From the sequence record OW969666.1: a DNA stretch of 64,000 bases. One strand, written 5' to 3'. Numbering within the stretch: the first letter of the stretch is position 1; each line of letters opens with the position of its first letter. The stretch comes from a plasmid. Both the position numbers and the translations under genes were made by a program. Under the pieces are notes generated by a model. It had not been told where the DNA came from and did no database searches. It was given only the letters and a program-made list of their open reading frames with translations. This document shows positions 1 to 14,266 of the stretch, piece after piece.

Positions 1-72
1 GCAGAGTTTTTGAAATGTAAGGCCTTTGAATAAGACAAAAGGCTGCCTCATCGCTAACTTTGCAACAGTGCC
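1..72 (+). mobile_element. IS26: IS26 terminal segment (partial copy). Ends with the 14-bp IR (reverse complement GGCACTGTTGCAAA) at 59-72. The rest of the element lies upstream of the window.
   Basis: Positions 1-72 are the exact reverse complement of the first 72 bp of the complete IS26 copies at 2259, 5679, 21697 and 23718. Confidence 0.9.
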
Positions 73-118
73 TTTAAGCGTGCATAATAAGCCCTACACA
101 AATTGGGAGTTAGACATC

Positions 119-718
119 ATGAGCAACGCAAAAACAAAGTTAGGCATCACAAAGTACAGCATCGTGACCAACAGCAACGATTCCGTCACACTGCGCCTCA
201 TGACTGAGCATGACCTTGCGATGCTCTATGAGTGGCTAAATCGATCTCATATCGTCGAGTGGTGGGGCGGAGAAGAAGCACGCCCGACACTTGCTGACGT
301 ACAGGAACAGTACTTGCCAAGCGTTTTAGCGCAAGAGTCCGTCACTCCATACATTGCAATGCTGAATGGAGAGCCGATTGGGTATGCCCAGTCGTACGTT
401 GCTCTTGGAAGCGGGGACGGACGGTGGGAAGAAGAAACCGATCCAGGAGTACGCGGAATAGACCAGTTACTGGCGAATGCATCACAACTGGGCAAAGGCT
501 TGGGAACCAAGCTGGTTCGAGCTCTGGTTGAGTTGCTGTTCAATGATCCCGAGGTCACCAAGATCCAAACGGACCCGTCGCCGAGCAACTTGCGAGCGAT
601 CCGATGCTACGAGAAAGCGGGGTTTGAGAGGCAAGGTACCGTAACCACCCCATATGGTCCAGCCGTGTACATGGTTCAAACACGCCAGGCATTCGAGCGA
701 ACACGCAGTGATGCCTAA
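119..718 (+). CDS. aac(6')-Ib-cr: Aminoglycoside/fluoroquinolone acetyltransferase AAC(6')-Ib-cr (199 aa). An in-frame ATG at 26, inside the IS26 end, could add a 31-aa N-terminal extension.
   Basis: Translation matches AAC(6')-Ib along its full length. It carries GDGRWEEE (Trp102Arg) and TPYGPAVY (Asp179Tyr), the two -cr substitutions. The frame stays open back to ATG 26, which encodes [16 protein letters not shown] from the IS26 end. Confidence 0.93.
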   Translation: MSNAKTKLGITKYSIVTNSNDSVTLRLMTEHDLAMLYEWLNRSHIVEWWGGEEARPTLADVQEQYLPSVLAQESVTPYIAMLNGEPIGYAQSYVALGSGDGRWEEETDPGVRGIDQLLANASQLGKGLGTKLVRALVELLFNDPEVTKIQTDPSPSNLRAIRCYEKAGFERQGTVTTPYGPAVYMVQTRQAFERTRSDA

Positions 719-803
719 CCCTTCCATCGAGGGGGACGTCCAAGGGCTGGCGCCCTTGGCCGCCCCTCATGTCAAACGTTGGGCGAACCCGGAGCCTCAT
801 TAA
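719..803 (+). other. attC recombination site of the aacA4 cassette (approximate bounds).
   Basis: GC-rich imperfect palindrome directly after the aac(6')-Ib stop. Next cassette boundary is GTTAGCC at about 797-803. Confidence 0.45.
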
Positions 804-848
804 TTGTTAGCCGTTAAAATTAAGCCCTTTACCAAACCAATACTTATT

Positions 849-1679
849 ATGAAAAACACAATACATATCAACTTCGCTATTTTTTTAATAATTGCAAATA
901 TTATCTACAGCAGCGCCAGTGCATCAACAGATATCTCTACTGTTGCATCTCCATTATTTGAAGGAACTGAAGGTTGTTTTTTACTTTACGATGCATCCAC
1001 AAACGCTGAAATTGCTCAATTCAATAAAGCAAAGTGTGCAACGCAAATGGCACCAGATTCAACTTTCAAGATCGCATTATCACTTATGGCATTTGATGCG
1101 GAAATAATAGATCAGAAAACCATATTCAAATGGGATAAAACCCCCAAAGGAATGGAGATCTGGAACAGCAATCATACACCAAAGACGTGGATGCAATTTT
1201 CTGTTGTTTGGGTTTCGCAAGAAATAACCCAAAAAATTGGATTAAATAAAATCAAGAATTATCTCAAAGATTTTGATTATGGAAATCAAGACTTCTCTGG
1301 AGATAAAGAAAGAAACAACGGATTAACAGAAGCATGGCTCGAAAGTAGCTTAAAAATTTCACCAGAAGAACAAATTCAATTCCTGCGTAAAATTATTAAT
1401 CACAATCTCCCAGTTAAAAACTCAGCCATAGAAAACACCATAGAGAACATGTATCTACAAGATCTGGATAATAGTACAAAACTGTATGGGAAAACTGGTG
1501 CAGGATTCACAGCAAATAGAACCTTACAAAACGGATGGTTTGAAGGGTTTATTATAAGCAAATCAGGACATAAATATGTTTTTGTGTCCGCACTTACAGG
1601 AAACTTGGGGTCGAATTTAACATCAAGCATAAAAGCCAAGAAAAATGCGATCACCATTCTAAACACACTAAATTTATAA
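849..1679 (+). CDS. blaOXA-1: Class D beta-lactamase OXA-1 (276 aa).
   Basis: Protein MKNTIHINFAIFLIIANIIYSSASASTDIS... including STFK, matches OXA-1. Cassette position between aacA4 and catB3 is as expected. Confidence 0.95.
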   Translation: MKNTIHINFAIFLIIANIIYSSASASTDISTVASPLFEGTEGCFLLYDASTNAEIAQFNKAKCATQMAPDSTFKIALSLMAFDAEIIDQKTIFKWDKTPKGMEIWNSNHTPKTWMQFSVVWVSQEITQKIGLNKIKNYLKDFDYGNQDFSGDKERNNGLTEAWLESSLKISPEEQIQFLRKIINHNLPVKNSAIENTIENMYLQDLDNSTKLYGKTGAGFTANRTLQNGWFEGFIISKSGHKYVFVSALTGNLGSNLTSSIKAKKNAITILNTLNL

Positions 1680-1782
1680 AAAATCTAATGGCAAAATCGC
1701 CCAACCCTTCAATCAAGTCGGGACGGCCAAAAGCAAGCTTTTGGCTCCCCTCGCTGGCGCTCGGCGCCCCTTATTTCAAACG
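1680..1782 (+). other. attC site of the blaOXA-1 cassette (approximate bounds).
   Basis: Imperfect inverted-repeat region ending in GTTAGAC before the catB3 cassette. Confidence 0.4.
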
Positions 1783-1816
1783 TTAGACGGCAAAGTCACA
1801 GACCGCGGGATCTCTT

Positions 1817-2258
1817 ATGACCAACTACTTTGATAGCCCCTTCAAAGGCAAGCTGCTTTCTGAGCAAGTGAAGAACCCCAATATCAAAGTTGGGCGGTAC
1901 AGCTATTACTCTGGCTACTATCATGGGCACTCATTCGATGACTGCGCACGGTATCTGTTTCCGGACCGTGATGACGTTGATAAGTTGATCATCGGTAGTT
2001 TCTGCTCTATCGGGAGTGGGGCTTCCTTTATCATGGCTGGCAATCAGGGGCATCGGTACGACTGGGCATCATCTTTCCCGTTCTTTTATATGCAGGAAGA
2101 ACCTGCATTCTCAAGCGCACTCGATGCCTTCCAAAAAGCAGGTAATACTGTCATTGGCAATGACGTTTGGATCGGCTCTGAGGCAATGGTCATGCCCGGA
2201 ATCAAGATCGGGCACGGTGCGGTGATAGGCAGCCGCTCGTTGGTGACAAAAGATGTGG
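1817..2258 (+). pseudogene. catB3: Chloramphenicol acetyltransferase catB3, 3'-truncated by IS26. 147 of about 210 codons remain.
   Basis: [47 protein letters not shown]... is a xenobiotic acetyltransferase with the hexapeptide-repeat fold. The reading frame runs directly into the IS26 IR at 2259. Confidence 0.85.
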
Positions 2259-3078
2259 GGCACTGTTGCAAAGTTAGCGATGAGGCAGCCTTTTGTCTTA
2301 TTCAAAGGCCTTACATTTCAAAAACTCTGCTTACCAGGCGCATTTCGCCCAGGGGATCACCATAATAAAATGCTGAGGCCTGGCCTTTGCGTAGTGCACG
2401 CATCACCTCAATACCTTTGATGGTGGCGTAAGCCGTCTTCATGGATTTAAATCCCAGCGTGGCGCCGATTATCCGTTTCAGTTTGCCATGATCGCATTCA
2501 ATCACGTTGTTCCGGTACTTAATCTGTCGGTGTTCAACGTCAGACGGGCACCGGCCTTCGCGTTTGAGCAGAGCAAGCGCGCGACCATAGGCGGGCGCTT
2601 TATCCGTGTTGATGAATCGCGGGATCTGCCACTTCTTCACGTTGTTGAGGATTTTACCCAGAAACCGGTATGCAGCTTTGCTGTTACGACGGGAGGAGAG
2701 ATAAAAATCGACAGTGCGGCCCCGGCTGTCGACGGCCCGGTACAGATACGCCCAGCGGCCATTGACCTTCACGTAGGTTTCATCCATGTGCCACGGGCAA
2801 AGATCGGAAGGGTTACGCCAGTACCAGCGCAGCCGTTTTTCCATTTCAGGCGCATAACGCTGAACCCAGCGGTAAATCGTGGAGTGATCGACATTCACTC
2901 CGCGTTCAGCCAGCATCTCCTGCAGCTCACGGTAACTGATGCCGTATTTGCAGTACCAGCGTACGGCCCACAGAATGATGTCACGCTGAAAATGCCGGCC
3001 TTTGAATGGGTTCATGTGCAGCTCCATCAGCAAAAGGGGATGATAAGTTTATCACCACCGACTATTTGCAACAGTGCC
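2259..3078 (-). mobile_element. IS26: IS26 copy 1, complete at 820 bp, with 14-bp terminal IRs.
   Basis: GGCACTGTTGCAAA at 2259-2272 and its reverse complement at 3065-3078. Encodes Tnp26. Confidence 0.97.
2311..3015 (-). CDS. tnpA26: IS26 transposase Tnp26 (234 aa, IS6 family).
   Basis: [69 protein letters not shown]... The identical protein recurs at three further loci. Confidence 0.97.
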   Translation of the reverse strand: MNPFKGRHFQRDIILWAVRWYCKYGISYRELQEMLAERGVNVDHSTIYRWVQRYAPEMEKRLRWYWRNPSDLCPWHMDETYVKVNGRWAYLYRAVDSRGRTVDFYLSSRRNSKAAYRFLGKILNNVKKWQIPRFINTDKAPAYGRALALLKREGRCPSDVEHRQIKYRNNVIECDHGKLKRIIGATLGFKSMKTAYATIKGIEVMRALRKGQASAFYYGDPLGEMRLVSRVFEM

Positions 3079-3121
3079 TCTCGATAGGTATAGTGTTTTG
3101 CAGTTTAGAGGAGATATCGCG

Positions 3122-3982
3122 ATGCATACGCGGAAGGCAATAACGGAGGCAATTCGAAAATTAGGAGTCCAAACCGGTGACCTGTTGATGGTGCATGCCT
3201 CACTTAAAGCGATTGGTCCGGTCGAAGGAGGAGCGGAGACGGTCGTTGCCGCGTTACGCTCCGCGGTTGGGCCGACTGGCACTGTGATGGGATACGCGTC
3301 GTGGGACCGATCACCCTACGAGGAGACTCTGAATGGCGCTCGGTTGGATGACAAAGCCCGCCGTACCTGGCCGCCGTTCGATCCCGCAACGGCCGGGACT
3401 TACCGTGGGTTCGGCCTGCTGAATCAATTTCTGGTTCAAGCCCCCGGCGCGCGGCGCAGCGCGCACCCCGATGCATCGATGGTCGCGGTTGGTCCGCTAG
3501 CTGAAACGCTGACGGAGCCTCACGAACTCGGTCACGCCTTGGGGGAAGGGTCGCCCGTCGAGCGGTTCGTCCGCCTTGGCGGGAAGGCCCTGCTGTTGGG
3601 TGCGCCGCTAAACTCCGTTACCGCATTGCACTACGCCGAGGCGGTTGCGGATATCCCCAACAAACGATGGGTGACGTATGAGATGCCGATGCTTGGAAGA
3701 AACGGTGAAGTCGCCTGGAAAACGGCATCAGAATACGATTCAAACGGCATTCTCGATTGCTTTGCTATCGAAGGAAAGCCGGATGCGGTCGAAACTATAG
3801 CAAATGCTTACGTGAAGCTCGGTCGCCATCGAGAAGGTGTCGTGGGCTTTGCTCAGTGCTACCTGTTCGACGCGCAGGACATCGTGACGTTCGGCGTCAC
3901 CTATCTTGAGAAGCACTTCGGAGCCACTCCGATCGTGCCAGCACACGAAGCCGCCCAGCGCTCTTGCGAGCCTTCCGGTTAG
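3122..3982 (+). CDS. aac(3)-II: Aminoglycoside 3-N-acetyltransferase AAC(3)-II (286 aa; IIa/IId/IIe-type).
   Basis: MHTRKAITEAIRKLGVQTGDLLMVHASLKAIGPVEGGAETVV... matches AAC(3)-II over its full length. It has the usual tmrB neighbour. Confidence 0.92.
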   Translation: MHTRKAITEAIRKLGVQTGDLLMVHASLKAIGPVEGGAETVVAALRSAVGPTGTVMGYASWDRSPYEETLNGARLDDKARRTWPPFDPATAGTYRGFGLLNQFLVQAPGARRSAHPDASMVAVGPLAETLTEPHELGHALGEGSPVERFVRLGGKALLLGAPLNSVTALHYAEAVADIPNKRWVTYEMPMLGRNGEVAWKTASEYDSNGILDCFAIEGKPDAVETIANAYVKLGRHREGVVGFAQCYLFDAQDIVTFGVTYLEKHFGATPIVPAHEAAQRSCEPSG

Positions 3983-3994
3983 AGGCCGTCGACA

Positions 3995-4537
3995 ATGATA
4001 ATCTGGATCAACGGACCTTTCGGCGCCGGAAAGACGACTCTCGCTGAGCGGCTGCGCGATCGGCGTCCGAAATCGCTGATCTTTGACCCTGAGGAAATCG
4101 GGTTCGTGGTGAAAGAAACGGTCCCCATACCAGCGAGCGGAGACTATCAGGATCTCCCCTTGTGGAGGGGACTTACGATCGCTGCGGTCAGCGAGATTCG
4201 CAGGAATTACTCGCAGGACATCATCATCCCAATGACGCTCGTGCACCCGGACTATCTGACTGAGATACTCGACGGGTTAAGGCAGATCGACGATCAGCTG
4301 CTGCACATCTTTCTGATGCTTAACGAGGACCTATTGCGTCACCGGATCTCGAACCAGACCATGCATCCTGACCCGAATCGGAATGCGGAGATTCGAGAGT
4401 GGCGATTAGCGAATGTCGCCCGATGCTTGGCCGCAAGGGAACGGCTTCCGTCCACAACCCGTGTTCTCGATAGTGGTGCACACACCAGCGATGAACTTGC
4501 AGCGATGGTGCTCGACAGACTCGATCAGCGCACCTGA
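3995..4537 (+). CDS. tmrB: Tunicamycin resistance protein TmrB-like ATP-binding protein (180 aa).
   Basis: P-loop GPFGAGKTT near the N-terminus. Conserved partner gene found downstream of aac(3)-II. Confidence 0.82.
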   Translation: MIIWINGPFGAGKTTLAERLRDRRPKSLIFDPEEIGFVVKETVPIPASGDYQDLPLWRGLTIAAVSEIRRNYSQDIIIPMTLVHPDYLTEILDGLRQIDDQLLHIFLMLNEDLLRHRISNQTMHPDPNRNAEIREWRLANVARCLAARERLPSTTRVLDSGAHTSDELAAMVLDRLDQRT

Positions 4538-4607
4538 TCGCCTTAGAGCTGGCTCGGGAAATCTGCACAGCGGGGATAAGTGGAGTTTCTGCCTGACTTC
4601 GGCTTAG

Positions 4608-4940
4608 ATGCCGGGAACAGGAGAGACCATGACGAGACGACCGCGCCGGAACCATAGCCCGGCTTTCAAGGCGAAGGTGGCACTTGCCGCCATCCGAGGT
4701 GAGCAGACGCTGGTGGAGTTGTCCCAGCAGTTCGATGTGCACGCCAACCAGATCAAGCAATGGAAAGACCAGCTCCTTGAGGGGGCGACAGGTGTGTTCG
4801 GCGATGAAACGAAAGCGGAGCCGTCGGGTCCGACCATCGATGTCAAAACGCTGCACGCGAAAATCGGCGAACTGACACTGGAGAACGATTTTTTATCCGG
4901 TGCGCTCGGCAAGGCGGGATTGCTGGGCGGAAAGAAATGA
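4608..4940 (+). CDS. IS3-family transposase OrfA (HTH). Part of a truncated IS3-family element (ISCfr1/ISKpn11-like context).
   Basis: Translation MPGTGETMTRRPRRNHSPAFKAKVALAAIRGEQTLVELSQQFDVHANQIKQWKDQL... Overlaps orfB in the typical -1 frameshift arrangement. Confidence 0.8.
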   Translation: MPGTGETMTRRPRRNHSPAFKAKVALAAIRGEQTLVELSQQFDVHANQIKQWKDQLLEGATGVFGDETKAEPSGPTIDVKTLHAKIGELTLENDFLSGALGKAGLLGGKK

Positions 4941-5678
4941 TCGACCGCGAGCACAAGCTATCCGTCGTGCGCCAGGCGAAGCTTCTCGGCTTCAGCCGTG
5001 GCAGCGTCTACTATCTGCCTCGTCCGGTGTCTGACGGCGATCTGGCCCTTATGCGCCGGATTGACGAATTGCATCTCGACTACCCCTTTGCCGGAAGTCG
5101 GATGTTGCAAGGGCTCTTGAGAGGAGAAGGTCTGGAGACCGGGCGGCGACACGTCGCCACGCTGATGAAGAAGATGGGCATCAAGGCGATCTACCGCCGC
5201 CCGAACACCTCGAAACCAGCGCCAGGGCACATACGAAAGCTGGCAGTCACCCGGCCCAATCAGGTGTGGGCAATGGACCTGACCTACATCCCCATGGCGC
5301 GGGGATTTGTCTATCTGTGCGCCGTCGTGGACTGGTTCAGCCGGAAGGTCTTGTCATGGCGGTTGTCGATCACGATGGAAGCAGCCTTCTGCATCGAGGC
5401 GGTGGAGGAGGCACTTGCCCGTCATGGCAGGCCGGAAATCTTCAATACCGACCAGGGATCGCAGTTCACCTCCATCGACTTCACCGCCGTGCTGAAGAGG
5501 TCACAGATTGCCATCTCGATGGATGGCAAGGGTGCGTGGCGAGACAATGTCTTCGTCGAGCGGCTCTGGCGTTCGATCAAATACGAGGAAGTCTACCTCC
5601 ATGCCTACAAGACTGTGTCCGAGGCACGCGCTGGCATCGCCCGATATCTGAACTTCTACAACACCAGACGCCCACATT
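4937..5678 (+). pseudogene. IS3-family transposase OrfB (DDE integrase domain), 3'-truncated by IS26 copy 2.
   Basis: DDE/rve motifs (AMDLTYIP, DQGSQFTS). The frame runs into the IS26 IR at 5679, ...RRPHW|HCCK. Confidence 0.8.
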
Positions 5679-6498
5679 GGCACTGTTGCAAAGTTAGCGA
5701 TGAGGCAGCCTTTTGTCTTATTCAAAGGCCTTACATTTCAAAAACTCTGCTTACCAGGCGCATTTCGCCCAGGGGATCACCATAATAAAATGCTGAGGCC
5801 TGGCCTTTGCGTAGTGCACGCATCACCTCAATACCTTTGATGGTGGCGTAAGCCGTCTTCATGGATTTAAATCCCAGCGTGGCGCCGATTATCCGTTTCA
5901 GTTTGCCATGATCGCATTCAATCACGTTGTTCCGGTACTTAATCTGTCGGTGTTCAACGTCAGACGGGCACCGGCCTTCGCGTTTGAGCAGAGCAAGCGC
6001 GCGACCATAGGCGGGCGCTTTATCCGTGTTGATGAATCGCGGGATCTGCCACTTCTTCACGTTGTTGAGGATTTTACCCAGAAACCGGTATGCAGCTTTG
6101 CTGTTACGACGGGAGGAGAGATAAAAATCGACAGTGCGGCCCCGGCTGTCGACGGCCCGGTACAGATACGCCCAGCGGCCATTGACCTTCACGTAGGTTT
6201 CATCCATGTGCCACGGGCAAAGATCGGAAGGGTTACGCCAGTACCAGCGCAGCCGTTTTTCCATTTCAGGCGCATAACGCTGAACCCAGCGGTAAATCGT
6301 GGAGTGATCGACATTCACTCCGCGTTCAGCCAGCATCTCCTGCAGCTCACGGTAACTGATGCCGTATTTGCAGTACCAGCGTACGGCCCACAGAATGATG
6401 TCACGCTGAAAATGCCGGCCTTTGAATGGGTTCATGTGCAGCTCCATCAGCAAAAGGGGATGATAAGTTTATCACCACCGACTATTTGCAACAGTGCC
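5679..6498 (-). mobile_element. IS26: IS26 copy 2, complete at 820 bp.
   Basis: Identical to copy 1. IRs at both ends. Confidence 0.97.
5731..6435 (-). CDS. tnpA26: IS26 transposase Tnp26.
   Basis: Identical 234-aa protein. Confidence 0.97.
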   Translation of the reverse strand: MNPFKGRHFQRDIILWAVRWYCKYGISYRELQEMLAERGVNVDHSTIYRWVQRYAPEMEKRLRWYWRNPSDLCPWHMDETYVKVNGRWAYLYRAVDSRGRTVDFYLSSRRNSKAAYRFLGKILNNVKKWQIPRFINTDKAPAYGRALALLKREGRCPSDVEHRQIKYRNNVIECDHGKLKRIIGATLGFKSMKTAYATIKGIEVMRALRKGQASAFYYGDPLGEMRLVSRVFEM

Positions 6499-8744
6499 CT
6501 ATTTTTCGGGGATCTGATTGCCCTCTGGCAATATCATTCAGCACGCCATAGTCGGCATCATGGTCCATTCGCCAGAAAACCGAAGCACCGGCATCAGCCA
6601 GGCGTGGAGAAAACTGGTATCCCAGCAGCCAGAAAAGGCCAAAGACAAGTTCGCTGGCACCTGCTGTATCGGTCATAATTTCGGTTGGATTCAGCCCGGT
6701 CTCCTGTTCCAGAAGACCTTCCAGCACAAAGATAGAGTCCCTCAGCGTCCCCGGTATAACGATGCCATGAAAGCCGGAATACTGATCGGACACAAAGTTG
6801 TACCAGGTGATCCCTCTGTTATTACCAAAGTATTTGCGGTTCGGTCCGGCATTGATTGTTCTGACTGGCGTAACAAAGCGCATTCCATCTGCAGATGCCA
6901 CTTCTCCTCCACCCCATATCTGTGCCAGTGGCAGCGTTGCCTGAAAATCAACCAGTCTGGCATTAGCGCTGGTGATAGTTTCAGCCCGCAGATAGTTCGC
7001 TTTTGTCCAGTTCAGCCGGTGTCGGGTCAGTGCAGGAACATTTGATCTGATCAGTGGTTCCAGACCGATATTGCAGGCTTCAGCCATCAGCACGGCGCTG
7101 ATGCTGACGGGCAGATCATCAACTCTGGCACTGGCTTCACTAGCATGGAAAAACTCATCAGCAAATCCGGTATGGGCGTTAATTTCGAGCAGCAACTCCG
7201 TTAAATCCACCGGAGGGAGTAGATCACTGATCATTTTGCTCAGTCGTTTCAGACTGTCCGGCTCATCAAGACTGGCGAGGGGAGAAATTGTCAACCGGGG
7301 CTTCGGGCCAGAAACATCGAGTTCGACAGCCTCATTTTCGCAAAGACGTGCAGCAACCTGTCTGTAACGACTATCAAGCTGATGACCCAGAGATTTTATT
7401 GCTTCCTGCGGGTCTGTCGGGTGCCCCAAAGAACGATAAACCTTAATCCGGTTTGCCTGCCAGTCAGCACCCTGTAGTAATCTTGCACGAGGATCTCCCC
7501 ACCGGTTACTGCCGGTAACGTAGACATCCCTCCGCCTCAGACTATCCTGCAGTTTACTGAGAAAGCAGAGCGTGTATCCCCTGCGGGTGATATGTTTTTC
7601 CTTGTTAATCACCAGCCGTTTCCATGACCGACTGATAATTTCCGTTGGTGCGTCGTCAAAAAACTGCCGCCGTGAGCTGAACTCCCGGCTGAGGTAGTCA
7701 CAGGCATTCAGAGTGGTAACCCCGGCAGGTGCGGATGAAAATTTAACGGTATTCAGCAGATGGGGCAGGAAACGACGAACGCGCCCGTACTGCTCCACCA
7801 TTTCTTCATGAAAATTATCGTCTGAGGGCCGGGCAATTTCACGGACAAGCGTGATGATTTCAGCCAGCTTTTGCCTTGGGATGTAGCTGAACACCTCAGC
7901 ACGAATCGATTCGTCCGGTGTTTCTTCTTTCAGCAGGTACGAACATGCGCTGGCGAGCGCCAATGCAGATTTATCCAGATCCTTCAGCGAGCGGAGCCGT
8001 TTTTTCTGCCCAATCTTTCTGGCGTCACGGATGATAACGGCCAGCATGGCGTCCAGAACGTCCAATGCATCATCCAGCGCCAGCGTTTCCCATGCAAGGA
8101 CAAAGGCAACCAGAACCGCCATCCTTTTCTGCGGTGACATCCTGGCAATATTGAACACCGAAGTCATACCAGCATAACGTGCGAGATTTTTCAGGCGCAC
8201 AGCCGGGAGTGTACTCAGGTTTTCAGCATGCAGGCCAAAATCGTTCAGAGTTTTCCAGCGTTCAATTGCTTCATTAAACGCCGGACCACTGATGGTCACA
8301 GGGCCCTTTTTCAGTGATTCCAGTAAAGACAGGCGGCTGCAATCAGTTGGCCCCAGCAGCATCTCCAGCTGTGAACGCTGTTCGGCTGACGGTATCAGTG
8401 CCAGTTTGTTCCACAGGCGCAACGTCGCCTTTTCCCTTACCTCTGAAATCAACCGGGTCAGCGTAGTGGCTCCGGGGAGAATAATACGATGTTGCATAAG
8501 CCACCCTGTCGCCAGATCGAAAAGCAGGCCAGGACGTTCGTTGCTTATCCAGCTCCGGGTATATAAAAGACGGGTAAGGCGAAATGTCCAGGGCCAGGCA
8601 AATTCACGATACTGATAGTGCTGACGTATCAGCGCTGCATGCTCACGGCGGGTATTTTCCCTCTGACCGTATTCTGCAAGAACGGTGATATCACGAATCC
8701 CGAGCTGTCTGGCGGTAAAATGCCGGACGCCGGAAGGAATATGA
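6499..8744 (-). pseudogene. tnpA: Tn2/Tn3 transposase TnpA, central and distal portion. It is interrupted upstream by the ISEcp1 unit and truncated at its 3' end by IS26.
   Basis: IPSGVRHFTARQLGIRDITVLAEYGQREN...LMQHRIILPGATTLTRLISEVREK... matches Tn3 TnpA. The frame continues into the IS26 IR, ...RKIGHCCK. Confidence 0.9.
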
Positions 8745-8756
8745 CCTGGGACCTAC

Positions 8757-9089
8757 GTGCGCCCGCACCGACACCCTCACACCTTCGAGCTACTGTTGCC
8801 ATTAAGGGGTCGTTTCGTGGTGCTGAATTTTGACGATCGGGGTACCGTCACCCATCGGGCGATATTGGGGGAAACCTGTACGGTGCTGGAGATGGCCGCA
8901 GGAACCTGGCATGCCGTGCTGTCGCTGGATACCGGTGGCATAATTTTTGAAGTAAAACACGGTGGCTATCAACCCGTGGCTGCCGATGACTATGCGCACT
9001 GGGCTCCAGCGGAAGGAGAACCAGGAACCACGGAGCTTATGGCCTGGTATGCGCAAGCGCAGGTGGGCGACAGCACTTTTGCCGTCTAA
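8757..9089 (+). CDS. wbuC: orf477/WbuC-family cupin-fold protein (Kluyvera-derived passenger downstream of blaCTX-M).
   Basis: 110-aa ORF immediately downstream of blaCTX-M on the opposite strand, as in the canonical unit. Confidence 0.75.
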   Translation: MRPHRHPHTFELLLPLRGRFVVLNFDDRGTVTHRAILGETCTVLEMAAGTWHAVLSLDTGGIIFEVKHGGYQPVAADDYAHWAPAEGEPGTTELMAWYAQAQVGDSTFAV

Positions 9090-9135
9090 GGCGATAAACA
9101 AAAACGGAATGAGTTTCCCCATTCCGTTTCCGCTA

Positions 9136-11715
<2,580 letters not shown>

Positions 11716-11929
11716 TATGATTCATATCGGTGAGGAAGGTGCCCAGAAAACGGACACATCCAATTTGCAGGGCAATGCCCAGACGGTTGTGATCACCTCT
11801 GCTTTTTCCGATAAATTCCTTGTCTGCTTCATCAAGGTGAAAATATCGTGCCAGCTGAAGCTCATCCGGTTCACCGGTGAATCTGCCATAGCTTTCAGTC
11901 TGCTCAGTGGTCAGAAAGTCAACGGGCAT
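11716..11929 (-). pseudogene. tnpA: Tn2/Tn3 tnpA 5' segment (first 71 codons), separated from the rest by the ISEcp1 unit.
   Basis: [71 protein letters not shown], then the junction. Confidence 0.88.
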
Positions 11930-12650
<721 letters not shown>

Positions 12651-12820
12651 TACGCCTATTTTTATAGGTTAATGTCATGATAATAATGGTTTCTTAGACG
12701 TCAGGTGGCACTTTTCGGGGAAATGTGCGCGGAACCCCTATTTGTTTATTTTTCTAAATACATTCAAATATGTATCCGCTCATGAGACAATAACCCTGGT
12801 AAATGCTTCAATAATATTGA

Positions 12821-13693
<873 letters not shown>

Positions 13694-13802
13694 CTGTCAG
13701 ACCAAGTTTACTCATATATACTTTAGATTGATTTAAAACTTCATTTTTAATTTAAAAGGATCTAGGTGAAGATCCTTTTTGATAATCTCATGACCAAAAT
13801 CC

Positions 13803-13840
13803 CTTAACGTGAGTTTTCGTTCCACTGAGCGTCAGACCCC
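13803..13840 (-). repeat. Tn2/Tn3 38-bp terminal inverted repeat (bla-proximal IRR).
   Basis: CTTAACGTGAGTTTTCGTTCCACTGAGCGTCAGACCCC is the reverse complement of GGGGTCTGACGCTCAGTGGAACGAAAACTCACGTTAAG. Confidence 0.88.
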
Positions 13841-13925
13841 TAAAAGAACTTTCCGCTAAGCGATAGACTGAATCGCCACGCGTTTAACAGACACCTCAGA
13901 GTCATTTAAGATGACTTAAAGAGAG

Positions 13926-14210
13926 GTGCCCATGAGCGGTAAGCGTTATCCTGAAGAGTTTAAAACTGAAGCAGTCAAACAGGTTGTTGATCGCGGTTAT
14001 TCTGTTGCCAGCGTTGCAACACGTCTCGATATCACCACCCACAGCCTTTATGCCTGGATAAAGAAGTACGGTCCGGATTCTTCCACTAATAAAGAACAGT
14101 CAGATGCTCAGGCCGAGATCCGCCGTCTCCAGAAAGAGCTGAAACGGGTTACCGACGAACGGGACATATTAAAAAAAGCCGCGGCGTACTTCGCAAAGCT
14201 GTCCGACTGA
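13926..14210 (+). CDS. IS3-family transposase OrfA.
   Basis: MSGKRYPEEFKTEAVKQVVDRGYSVASVATRLDITTHSLYAWIKKY... (HTH, leucine zipper). Confidence 0.8.
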   Translation: MPMSGKRYPEEFKTEAVKQVVDRGYSVASVATRLDITTHSLYAWIKKYGPDSSTNKEQSDAQAEIRRLQKELKRVTDERDILKKAAAYFAKLSD

Positions 14211-14266
14211 GGTACGCCTTTATCCGTGACAACTCCTGTTGCTGGCCTGTTCGCCTGCTCTGTCGG

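Noticed and set aside
2488-3087. 199-aa (and longer, up to 256 aa at 5908-6678) ORFs antisense to IS26 tnpA, recurring at every IS26 copy.
   Set aside because: Perfectly antisense to a well-established transposase gene, with no RBS. Artefact of the stop-codon-poor opposite strand.
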